Below are positions 23,563 to 35,499 of a stretch of DNA of 44,320 bases, piece by piece. Numbering within the stretch: position 1 is the first letter of the stretch; each line of letters begins with the position of its first letter. A program made the position numbers and the translations under genes. The DNA lies in contig NC_057756.1 in the NCBI RefSeq assembly GCF_004010195.1, positions 9,468,923-9,513,242 of the forward strand. Reading direction: 5' to 3'. The stretch is from Chiloscyllium plagiosum. Its lineage: Eukaryota. The notes beneath the pieces were generated by a model. That model was not told the DNA's origin, did not search any database, and worked only from the letters and a program-made list of their open reading frames with translations.

Positions 23563-24737
23563 GTTCTTTTTCCCATGGTGGAAAAGTCGAATTTTAGAGG
23601 GAATGAGTTTAAGATATCAAGGGGAACATTTAAATAGGACCTGCAAAGTAACTTTTTGACACAGAGGTGGATGGTGCCAGAGGAAATGGTGGAGGCAGAT
23701 ACAATTACAATATGTAACAGGCATCTAGATGGTTAGATGCATAGGAAGGGTTTAGAGGGTTATGGATCAAATGCTGATGAGAAAGTTTATAGCCTCAAAA
23801 CTTGTCTTTAAACATTTAGACTAAAATGTAATGCTGAATTATAGAACACATTTGCTGCACTAGAAAATAGACAGACAGGAAGGCTAAGAAAAAGTGGGGA
23901 ACTCAAGGAATGCAGAAGATAGGGACATCTGTGCTCACCAAGTGACAACAGGATGCTGTAAGGCAATTAAGAATATTTGCATTAGTTATTGATGAATCTG
24001 TGTAAACAGGATACCAACTGATAACATTCACAGCCATTCCCTTGTGAAATTAATGACAGTGATTCTGACCCTGAAACAAAACTGGGTACTATCAAAAGTC
24101 TTGTAATTCATGGTCAGATCCTGTCAATTATAATGGATTCTCATTACCCCTTGCAAGCGAGGCAGAAACAGAGGGAAAAAAATCTTTGCTGTTACAAGAC
24201 CCTGACTTGAGAGTTCAAAAGGACACTAGAGAGAGAAACCATTTTATTGCTGAGGTTGCTGAAGCCAGCAGAAAATTAACTCTTAGTGCTTACCGGCTAT
24301 GGATTGAATTTAATTGCATTTTGGGACTTTATGATGATATTGAGTAGCCATTACCGGTTATTAAATACAAACTCTGTAAAAGATAACATTGATGAAGCTT
24401 TAAATTACTTGCTGTTCTTGCAGACCACTCTACAGACTTTGCAATCTGCCCCCCTGTCAATTCGAACTAATCAGATCTTATGTCTTATTTGAATTTGAAT
24501 CACAACCCCGAAAATAAAGCATGTTTAATTTGAAGACTAATGCATCAGTTTAAATGCAACCTTATGGTAACATCTCAGCCTCAGGTACAGAATAATGCAG
24601 TGCTTAAAAAGCAGGAATCTGCTCCTAGCTTAGAAATTATTCTAGGCCTAAAATTGAAAATGTTCTGGCACAATGTGTCAGGAAGCCATTTTATGGTCAA
24701 AAGTTTGTCCTCCTTGCTAAGAAGCCATTTTGTAAAT

Positions 24738-27186
24738 CTATTCTGCTCTGTGGGACTTGATTGGCCAGGACCTGCTGGAAGTGTATGTGAGTATGCTTCT
24801 GGTAGGTACCATGAATGAATCCATGAGGAAAGGCATCATCACCCTCATCTATAAGCGGAAGGGGGAGAGGGAGGAAAACAGAAATTGGAGACCAATCTCA
24901 CTATTTAATGCAGATTACAAAATCTTGGCAAAGGTCATTGCCAACCGGGTCAGGTCTGCTCTGGGATCGGTGATCCACCCTGACCAAACCTGTGCTGTAC
25001 CAGGCAGGAAGATCGCTGAGAATCTCGTACTCCTCAAGAATACAATCGCCTACGTGCAGGACAGGGGGTTGGACACCTGCCTCATCAGCCTGGACCAGGA
25101 AAAAGCCTTTGACAGGATATCACATACATATATGAGAGATGTTCTCTCCAAAATGGGCTTTGGGGAGGGAATCTGCCATTGGATCAGAATGCTCTACACC
25201 AACATTGTCAGTGCAGTCTCAATCAATGGGTGGGAATCAGATAGCTTCCCAGTCAGATCTGGAGTCAGGCAGGGCTGCCCTCTCTCTCCTGCATTGTTTG
25301 TGTGCTGCATAGAGCCATTTGCCGAGTCCATCACGAAGGATGTGAGCCTGAGAGGGGTGACTATTCCTGGCAGCGGGGGCCTGCAGGTTAAGGCTTGCCT
25401 CTACATGGATGACTTCGCCATTTTCTGCTCTGATCTGCTGTCTGTGCACAGAATCATGTGCATATGTGACCAGTTCAAATGGGCCTCGGGGGCCAAGATC
25501 AACCGAGGCAAGAGCGAGGCCATGCTCTTTGGGAACTGGGCTGACCAATTCTTCATCCCCTTCACCGTCAGGACACTTGAAGGTGCTGGGTATTTCGTTC
25601 GGAAGGGCTGAGGCGTGCGCCAAGTCTTGAGGGGAGCATATCAAGAAACCGAGGCAGAAACTGGGCTACAGGCGCTCTCCATCGCAGGTAAAAACCTGGT
25701 CATCAGGTGTGAGGCACTGTCAGTGTTGTTATATATGGCAAAGTTCTGGCCTATTCCCAGGACCTGTGCCATCGCAGTCACCCAGGCCATCTTCCATTTT
25801 ATATGGAGATCAAAGATGGCCCGGGTCCGAAGGGACTCGGTGTACAAAGCTCTGGGCAACGGGGGGAGAAAACACACCAAATGCCACTCTCATCCTGATG
25901 GCCACCTTTGTGTGTGGCTATATCAAGCTGTGCGTGGATCCCCGGTACGCAAACACAAAGTGTCACTACGTACTGAGGTTCTACCTGTCCCCGGTGTTGC
26001 GAAGGATGGGCCTGGCCTCGTTGCCGTGGAACGCTCCGAGTAGTTGGACCGTTCCGTATCACCTGCCCTTCGTAGAGAAATTTATAAAGAAAAACACCTT
26101 TGACCACAAGTCCACCAGGAAGTGGTCAGCATGTAGTGTCCTTGAGACCCTTCGGGAAAAGGAGAGGGCAGATCCTGTTGAGCGGCTCCCTGGGCAGACT
26201 GTCAAAGTTATTTGGCAGAATGCCTCATCGTCAGAACTTTCCAACAAGCACCAAGACATGGCTTGGCTGGTGGTGAGAAGGGCTCTGTCTGTGAGATGCT
26301 TTATGCACGCCCGGACTCTCTGCCGCACCGCACGCTGTCTTCGAAGCGGCTGCAGAGGGGACGAGACTGTCACACACCTCCTTCTGGAATGTGCCTACGC
26401 AAAGGAAGTCTGGAGAGGAATGCAGTGGTGTTTGTCGAGGTTCATCCTGAGCAGCGCCGTGACGCGAGGCTCCGTGCTCTACGGTCTGTTCCCCGGGACG
26501 CACACCGAGACGAACATCAACTGTGCCTGGAGGATCATCAACCCGGTGAAAGACGCGGTCTGTCCGAAACCTGTTGATCTTACAGCTGAAGGAGCTGACC
26601 CCGACTGAGTGTTGCGGACTGGCACATTCCAAGGTCCAGGACTACGTGTTGAGGGACGTGCTGAAGCTTGGGGCAGCTGCTGCCAAGGTGGGGTGGGGAA
26701 AGACCACCGTGTAATGTCTGCCTGCCAAAGAACAGGGGCCCACGCAGTAAGTGGGCTCTGCTGACGCCTCAGCTAATTATATGGATAGTAAACGTACAGA
26801 CGTATATATATGAATGATTACTCCATCTCTGAATGCATAGAAATGGAATGTTTACGTATGTATGGCATGGCCAATTGTACAGATCATAAGGAAATAGGGT
26901 AGTGAAAAAGGCATTTGGCATGCTTGCCTTCACTGATCAGTACATTGAGTACAGGAGTTGGGACACAATATTGCAACTATACTGGACATTAGTGAGATCA
27001 AGTTTAGAATATTCCATATTATTCTGGTAGCCCTTCTATAGTAATAGTCACAGAATCATACAGGTGGAATCACAGCCTTCGGTCTAAACTCGTCCATGCT
27101 GCCAGGTTTACGTATGTATGGCATGACCAATTGTAGAGATCATCAAAATATTTTTATGAATAAAGTATATTTTGGAAATAAAAAAA
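24738..27186 (+). mobile_element. 5'-truncated Tx1/L1-clade LINE: RT, zinc-binding C-terminus, 3' UTR and A tail; frameshifted
   Basis: NWRPISLFNADYKILAK, HPDQT, SLDQEKAFDRISH, SGVRQGCPLSP, LYMDD; C-terminal CLRSGC..ETVTHLLLEC; ends AATAAA..ataaaaaaa. Confidence 0.92.
26884..27109 (+). repeat. templated copy of 22753-22979 inserted in the Tx1 3' UTR
   Basis: About 226 bp, 4 substitutions and 1 indel versus source; flanked by a 38 bp duplication (26850-26887 / 27106-27143). Confidence 0.88.
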
Positions 27187-28656
27187 TTGTATCTGACATG
27201 TGAGCTGTGCAAGGTTACCTTGTGAACTCTCCAATTAACTCAGACTGGTAACTCTTTATGATAGTTTATCTCACTAGCAGGTGCCTAACTCGGCTGGGTA
27301 TGTTTTTCCCACCTAATAAATGGCTTAGAGCCCGAAGGAGTGATTAGTCAATTAACGCTTCTTCCTTACAAATTATTGTCTTTCAAGTTATCTGTCTAAT
27401 TAAGAACATGCAATGTTTTTGTAAACTTTTGTATAAAGGAAGCCACTTTGTATCAGTACATAGGAGTAGACTGCTGGGGCTCTTGAAGAGCTGTGTACCC
27501 CATTCTCCTGGGTTATTAGAACCTAATTAGTTTAGATTATAGGTATCAGTGTTATGTTGTAACAGTGATGCTATTAGTAAATAAAGGGGCTGACTAAAAT
27601 TAAACTAATCTGTCTGTAAGAGGTTTTTTATTAAAAGAATACGATCTCTGGGATGAACCCAGAGAGAGGCTTACAGGTGAGTCCATAAGGGATTCCCTGG
27701 GCCGTCTCAAATCTCTACTTTAACACTGGAAAATGGGACAAGGTCAGATTGGGATGTTTGAATGAGTTGGACTGAAGGGTCTGTATGACTCAATGAGAAC
27801 CAGTCACACAGTTGTCTGCAGGCTAAAGACTAATCCACAGGTCAATCAATGTCATGTTGCCATCCAGCTGTATCTATACACAACTCTTCGGCTCCACTTC
27901 ATTTACAACCCAAACTTCAATGACTGTTTGTTCAAACAGCCATGAGTGTCAGGTTACTCACTTTTCAAAACACTCAGTGATCCTTTAAAACACTGGTCTT
28001 AAATAGTTCTTTCTCAAAAATCATTGAATTAACAAGATCAGTCTTTAAAGACTGAATATATGAATTTGAAATATTTGAGTACTGTTTAATATGCAATACC
28101 TGATCGATAATTTCTCTCTCCACACTCCTCTTACTAGAGGACGCTTTTAGCTCTCAAAATTAACATAGGCAGCAATCCTATTTCAGTATAGAGATGACTG
28201 TGAATTGTAGTTCCAAAATAAATTTCTAGATGGTTAATTGAGAATCTTCCTTCTGCCTTTTGCAGCAGAGTAACAAGTGCGGCAAAGTGAGTACCATTCT
28301 TGACCTCATTGCAATGGTGCATTTCCCATTGCTGATTTTCTTCAATAGTGGATCAGTAAGTACCCTGGAATTTATGCACATTTTTTTCTTAACCAAAATA
28401 AAACCTTGTACAACAGTAAATGAGCAGGGGATCATTCATTAAAAATATCCAGGGCAGAGAATTCATAATATCGGGGGATTTTCATGGCACCAGTAGATCC
28501 GTACAAAATAAAAGCTGTGTACAGTAACTGTAGTGAATGTGAGAAAAGTTTCAGCCACAGGACCAGTACATGCATCAGTGGATCAACATAGGAGAGAGGC
28601 TATATGATGCAAGGAAAGTGCAAGGAGTTTCACATAGCAAAGGAACTTCATAGTAA

Positions 28657-28851
<195 letters not shown>

Positions 28852-29089
28852 TAAATGTACTGAATGTGGAAAGTATTTTACAGAGTCAAGGGGCCTTCAT
28901 AATCATCAGCAGGCACACACAGGAGAGAGGCCATACAAACGTATTCAGTGTCAGGGAGCATCCCTGAACATTGGCAGACCCAAACATGGGATAGACCGTA
29001 TAAGTATGCTGACTGTGGAAAGTATTTCACAGTATCAGGGAGCATCCATTAACACAAGCGGACTCAAACATGGGATAGACCATATAAAT

Positions 29090-30659
29090 TGCTGTGGTTC
29101 TGTTGGCCGAGCTGGAAGTTTTTGTTGCAAACGTTTCGTCCCCTGGCTAGGCGACATCATCAGTGCTTGGGAGCCTCCTGCGAAGCGCTTCTTTGATGTT
29201 TCCTCCGGTGTTTATAGTGGTCTGTCCCTGCCGCTTCCGGTTGCCAGTTTCGGTGTCCGCTGTAGTGGTTGGTATATTGGGTCCAGGTCGATGTGTTTGT
29301 TGATGGAGTTTGTGGATGAATGCCATGCCTCTAGGAATTCCCTGGCTGTTCTCTGTCTGGCTTGCCCTATGATAAGTAGTGTGGTCCCAGTCGAATTCAT
29401 GTTGCTTGTTGTCTGCATGTATGGCTACTAAGGATAGCTGGTCGTGTCGTTTCATGGCTAGTTGATGTTCATGGATGCGGATCGTTAGCTGTCTTCCTGT
29501 TTGTCCTATATAGTGTTCTGTGCAGTCCTTGCATGGNNNNNNNNNNNNNNNNNNNNNNNNNNNNNNNNNNNNNNNNNNNNNNNNNNNNNNNNNNNNNNNN
29601 NNNNNNNNNNNNNNNNNNNNNNNNNNNNNNNNNNNNNNNNNNNNNNNNNNNNNNNNNNNNNNNNNNNNNNNNNNNNNNNNNNNNNNNNNNNNNNNNNNNN
29701 NNNNNNNNNNNNNNNNNNNNNNNNNNNNNNNNNNNNNNNNNNNNNNNNNNNNNNNNNNNNNNNNNNNNNNNNNNNNNNNNNNNNNNNNNNNNNNNNNNNN
29801 NNNNNNNNNNNNNNNNNNNNNNNNNNNNNNNNNNNNNNNNNNNNNNNNNNNNNNNNNNNNNNNNNNNNNNNNNNNNNNNNNNNNNNNNNNNNNNNNNNNN
29901 NNNNNNNNNNNNNNNNNNNNNNNNNNNNNNNNNNNNNNNNNNNNNNNNNNNNNNNNNNNNNNNNNNNNNNNNNNNNNNNNNNNNNNNNNNNNNNNNNNNN
30001 NNNNNNNNNNNNNNNNNNNNNNNNNNNNNNNNNNNNNNNNNNNNNNNNNNNNNNNNNNNNNNNNNNNNNNNNNNNNNNNNNNNNNNNNNNNNNNNNNNNN
30101 NNNNNNNNNNNNNNNNNNNNNNNNNNNNNNNNNNNNNNNNNNNNNNNNNNNNNNNNNNNNNNNNNNNNNNNNNNNNNNNNNNNNNNNNNNNNNNNNNNNN
30201 NNNNNNNNNNNNNNNNNNNNNNNNNNNNNNNNNNNNNNNNNNNNNNNNNNNNNNNNNNNNNNNNNNNNNNNNNNNNNNNNNNNNNNNNNNNNNNNNNNNN
30301 NNNNNNNNNNNNNNNNNNNNNNNNNNNNNNNNNNNNNNNNNNNNNNNNNNNNNNNNNNNNNNNNNNNNNNNNNNNNNNNNNNNNNNNNNNNNNNNNNNNN
30401 NNNNNNNNNNNNNNNNNNNNNNNTTGCTCATTTTGGGTATCGGGTCCTTCGTTCTGGTGAGTTGTTGTCTGAGCATGGCTGTTGGTTTGTGTGCCGTTAA
30501 TGAACACCGGAGGAAACATCAAAGAAGCGCTTCGCAGGAGGCTCCCAAGCACTGATGATGTCGCCTAGCCAGGGGACGAAACGTTTGCAACAAAAACTTC
30601 CAGCTCAGCGAACAGAACCACAGCAACGAGCACCCGAGTTACAAATCTTCGCACAAACG
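29090..30659 (-). mobile_element. Penelope-like retroelement (GIY-YIG), 5'-truncated, inverted pLTRs, 33 nt tail, 14 bp TSD
   Basis: Minus strand PCKDCTEHYIGQTGRQLTIRIHEHQ...[21 protein letters not shown]; 124 bp inverted repeats 29089-29212 / 30503-30626; TSD tagaccatataaat 29076-29089 / 30660-30673. Confidence 0.9.
30549..30588 (+). ncRNA. minimal type I hammerhead ribozyme (PLE family C); identical copy on the minus strand at 29127-29166
   Basis: gca-CTGATGA-t-GTCgCCT-agcc-AGGgGAC-GAAA-CG-TT-tgc: stem I gca/tgc, stem II, palindromic AACGTT stem III, GUU cleavage triplet. Confidence 0.75.
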
Positions 30660-32499
30660 TAGACCATATAAATATACTGACTGTGGAAAGTATTTCACAG
30701 TATCAGAGAGCATCCATTAACACAAGCGGACCCAAACATGGGATAGACCGTATAAATATACTGACTGTGGAAAGTATTTCACAGTGTCAGGGAGTATCCA
30801 TTAACACAAGCGGACTCAAACATGGGATAGACCATATAAATATACTGACTGTGGAAAAAGTTTCACAGTGTCAAGGCAGTTCCACTTACCCTGGCAAATT
30901 TACATGTGAAATAGTCCATATAAATTTACTGAATGCAGAAAGAGTTAAAAATGGAGGACACCACCACTGATCTAGCGAGACCAAACAGGAGAGAAGAATT
31001 AACATACCAAGAGACAGATTTGAGCTTTATTTAGAGAACTTTGCTTCTCTCTTATCAGATGAAAGATCACTCTTGTTTTGTGAAATCCACCATCGGTACA
31101 AGAAAACCTTCAAAGATTCAGCAGCTTTTGTCCTTCACCAGAAAACATTTTCAAACCTATGAAGGGAAAGTATCCAAATAAGAATTTTACTAAAGTTGAA
31201 TATTTCTTTCCATTTGAATGGATTTGAATAGTTGCTATTTATACCAAACATAATGATTACTTACATATTTTGCCATTGATTCCTGATATTTTTGTCAGTA
31301 ATGATGGAATAAATTTCATGATTCCTTACTGCTAGCAAGGGTTGAAGATTTGGTGCAAAGTTGTTCCAGTCTAATGCCAGAACTTCTCTGAAACTGTATC
31401 TTCGGACTGAGTTTCCAAATTGTTTCATCTCATTTAAATGGCAACATCTGTATATTGTGTTTAATCTTCATGACTCTTGTCCCTTCTTTGTCTCAGCTTT
31501 TTAATCTTAACAGTGAAAAATCACTGGTATTGATGCTGTCTCGTTGAAGTCTGGTTACATCTGTATCGGAGAAGTGTTAATCACAAAATATAGTTGTAAA
31601 GTTTAAGAAAGTGTAATAAATCTTTTCAACAGAAGCTCAGTTTGCAAAATAGATGCATTGTAATTTATTTAACACACTCTAGCTTCAACAAAAATGTTTT
31701 AATTTGTATTGTTCCACATTGTATTTGTTATTACCATGCACCAATTTAATCTATAAATATAATTTGTATTTATGTTCAGTATTATTCAAAAATGTTATTA
31801 AAGATGAAAAATGTGATCTGATTGTCAATGAGCAATGAATATAACACTAATGTATTTTATCCTTGAGCAAGCTATATATGGTATTAAAGGGCATTAGATT
31901 GTGCTTTGTAAGTCTGAGCACCTAATAAAGCAATGAGACAGTTGTGTAATAGAGGAGCAGGGAAAGATATACCATCTGAGTCAACTGTAGCCTGGATATA
32001 ACTTAAATTAATGGAGCTGTTTAGGTCAGGCATTTGATTCACGTCCCTTAAGTTTAGTGAAAGTGAACCAAATAAAGTCAGTAATTGACATTAATGCCCA
32101 CCCAATGGATCTTAATTCATCATTCCCCAAATGTAGGCAGTGCGAAGCAAATTGCTAAGCAAAGGAGGTTGTGGACATTAGGGCTCAAAAGAATCAGCTG
32201 GCATGAGCACAAAACCAAGCTGTAAACTTCAACTTGGAAACAATTCAATATGCTAGGTGTGTTCTGCTGTCAATGAGTGCAAAATAACACTGATAGACAT
32301 GCCTGGTGCATTGGCATGTCTGCCAAGGACGAGCAGCACGCAAGTCTAATACAGAACAGATTTTTTTCACTGAATTCACGTCCAATGTTTCCCAGTGTGG
32401 AAATAGTGGACAACACCAAAGGAGAGCTTGTGGTGCTGGATCTTGTAGCTGATTTCTCAACCTCCACTACAGTAAAGGCAGCTGAAACTCATTGAAACT

Positions 32500-32819
32500 T
32501 AGAGAAAACTGAGAGGCCTGGATAGATTGGACATGGTGAAAATGTTTCCACTTGCAGGAGAGACTATCACCTGAGGGCACAACCTCAGAGTTAAGACATG
32601 GTCCTGTAGAACTGAGATGAGGAGGAATTTCTTCAGCCAGAGGGTGATGAACTGGTGGAACTCATTGTCACTGAAGGCTGTGGAGGCCAAATTATTGAGT
32701 ATATTTAATACACAGTTAAGTAGGTGCTTGATTAGTAAGAGGATCAAACTTTATGGGGAGAAGGTAGGAGAATGAAGTTAAGAAGCATACTGGCCACAAT
32801 TGAATGGCAAAGCAGACTT
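32500..32819 (+). mobile_element. older CR1 3' end (continues at 34857-34902)
   Basis: MRRNFFSQRVMNWWNSLS; the 3' UTR resumes gatgggccaaatggcctaattctgctcc after the nested LINE. Confidence 0.75.
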
Positions 32820-34855
32820 AGAGTCATCGAGATGTACAGCACGGAAACAGGCCCTTCGGTCCAACCCGTCCATGCCGACCAGATATCCCAACTCAATCTA
32901 GTCCCACCTGCCAGCACCCAGCCTATATCCCTCCAAACCCTTCCTACTCATATACCCATCCAAATGCCTCTTAAATGTTGCAATTGTACCAGCCTCTACC
33001 ACTTCCTCTGGCAGCTCATTCCATACACGTACCACCCTCTGTGTGAAAAAGTTGACCCGTAGGTCTCTTTTATCTCTTTCCCCTCTCACCTTAAACCTAT
33101 GCCCCTCTAGTTCTGGACTGCCCCACCTCAGGGAAAAGACTTTGTCTATTCACCCTATCCATGCCCCTTATAATTTTGTAAACCTCCATAAGGTCACCCC
33201 TCAGCCTCCAACGTTGCAGGGAAAACAACCCCAGCCTGATCAGCCTCTCCCTGTAGCTCAAATCCTCCAACCCTGGCAACATCCTTGTAAATCTTTTCTG
33301 AACCCTTTCAAGTTTCACAACATCTTTCCGATAGGTTGGAGACCAGAATTGCACACAATGTTCCAACAGTGGCCGAACCAATATCCTGTACAGCCGCAAC
33401 ATGACCTCCCAATTCCTGTATCAATACTCTGACCAATAAAAGAAAGCATACCAAATGCCTTCTTCACTATCTTATCTACCAGCGACTCCACTTCCAAGGA
33501 GCTATGAACCTGCACTCCAAGGTCTCTTTGTTCAGCAACACTCCCTAGGACCTTGTCATTAAGTGTATTAGTCCTGGTAAGATTTGCTTTCCCAAAATGC
33601 AACACCTTGCATTTATCTGATTTAAACTCCATCTGCCACTTCTCAGCCCATTGGCCCATCTGGTCCAGATCCTGTTGTAATCTGAGGTAACCTTCTTCAC
33701 TGTCCACCACACCTCCAATTTTGGTGTTATCTGCAAACTTACTAACTGTACCTCTTATAATCACATCCAAATCATTTAAGTAAATGACAAAAAGTAGAGG
33801 ACACAGCACTGATCCTTTTGGCACTCCACTGGTCACAGGCCTCCAGTCCAAAAAAAAACCCTCCACCACCACCCTCTGTCTTCTACCTTTGAGCCAGTTC
33901 TGTAACCAAATAGCTAGTTCTCCCTTTGTTCCATGAGATCTAACATTGCAAGTTTGTTTCTCAAGTTCCCTCTGACTATTGTCTATAATACAATCCCAAT
34001 AAGGTGATCATCCCTTTCTTATTTCTCAGTTCCACCTAAATAACTTCCCTGGATGTATTTCCAGGAATATCCTCCCTCAGCACAGATGTAATGCTATCCC
34101 TTATCAAGAACGTCACTTCCCCACCTCTCTTGCCTCCCTTTCTATCCTTCCTGTACCATTTGTATTCTGGAACATTAAGCTGCCAGTCCTACCCATCCCT
34201 GAGCCATGTTTCTGTAATCGCTATGATATCCCAGTCCCATGTTCCTAACCATGCCCTGAGTTCATCTGCCTTCTCTGTTAGGCCCCTTGCTTTGAAATAA
34301 ATGCAGTTTAATTTATTAGTCCTATCTTGTCCCTGCCTGCCCTGACTCACTTCTGTTCTCAACTGTACCAGTCTCAGATTGACCTCTTTCCTCACTATCT
34401 CCCTGGGTCCCACTCCCCCACCTTACTGGTTTAAATCCTTCTGAGCAGCTCCAGAATATTTCCCAATATATTAGTCCCCTTCCAATTTAGGTGCAATCCG
34501 TCCTTCTTGTACAGGTCACGTCTATCCCAAAAGAGATGCCAATGACCCAAAAATGTGACTCCTTCTCCTATACATCAGCTCCTCAGCCATGCATTCATCT
34601 GCTCTATCCTCCTATTCCTGCCCTCACTAGCTCGTAGCACCGGGAATAATCCAGATATTACTACTCTTGAGGACCTCCTTTTTAAATTCCTGCCCAACTC
34701 TCTGTAATCTCCCTTCAGAATCTCAACCTTTTCCCTTCCTATGTTGTTGGCTCCAATGGGGACAATGACCTCTTGCTGGCCCCTCTCTCCCATGAGAACA
34801 TTCTGCACCCTTTCTGAGACATCCTTGATCCTGGCACCAGGGAAGCAACACACCA
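32820..34855 (-). mobile_element. CR1 (HER1-type) LINE with ORF1 esterase part, endonuclease start, large internal deletion and RT 3' half
   Basis: VCCFPGARIKDV..GANNIG (SGNH ORF1); LNCIYFKARGL..DIIAITETWL (APE); jumps near 33950 to VTSGVPKGSVLCP..FADNTK..RLRGDL; 3' tail at 32820. Confidence 0.9.
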
Positions 34856-35499
34856 ATTGATGGGCCAAATGGCCTAATTCTGCTCCTTTATCTTATGGTC
34901 TAAGCTTGTGACATCTGAATGCTAGTGGCAGCTCAGACCTAGATGATGAGATCTGTGCTTGTTACCAATCTAGGACATCTGATTAAATTCCTTCAGTTCT
35001 AAATGCATCTTCATTTAGATGCATCAAAAATGCATCTTTGTTTATCCTAATCTTCAATTAGCTGCTTGGGTTGATAAGGGCTTTTGTCACGTCTTTTGTA
35101 CATCATTAGTCACTCTCTGTATCAACTGGCTGAGAGCAGATTCTTCTCAAATGATGGCACAAAGCTGCTTCATGTTCTGGTATTTTATTTCGAATGCAGT
35201 CACTTTGTGCGGAAAGTCAATCTTCCATTGGGATGGTACCACAATGTATATTTCTCCACAATTTTGCTCTACTGTTGAGCCAGACATTGGGTTAGTAGGT
35301 GTTTTCCTCATGTGTCATTCACTTTATCTTGTCCTGGGTCTCCACTTTTCTCACTTTCCATATCTCCTTTTCATGCCCATCATTTTGTTATTAAAACAAT
35401 TCACACACACTTATGCTGATTTTACCTGCTTCTATTATACGTGCTGTTATCGCAGATCAGTATTTATACTTTGCCAGTTCTTACATGGGTCGCACTTGC

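Larger units (their letters stand above)
23778..27725 (+). mobile_element. probable solo LTR (about 1.5 kb net), interrupted by Tx1 LINE
   Basis: TG...CA ends with imperfect inverted termini (TGAGAAAGT / ACTTTAACA), 4 bp TSD ctga/ctgg, TATAAA 27432, AATAAA 27580; interrupts a CR1 3' UTR cleanly. Confidence 0.6.
22578..27792 (+). mobile_element. old CR1 LINE 3' portion split by nested insertions
   Basis: CR1 pieces 22578-22905, 23020-23200, 23563-23777 and 27726-27792 join colinearly (…caaatgctg | ctggaaaatgggac…). Confidence 0.75.

Noticed and set aside
24757..26714. Tx1 ORF2 as an active or domesticated gene
   Set aside because: 5'-truncated, no endonuclease, several frameshifts.
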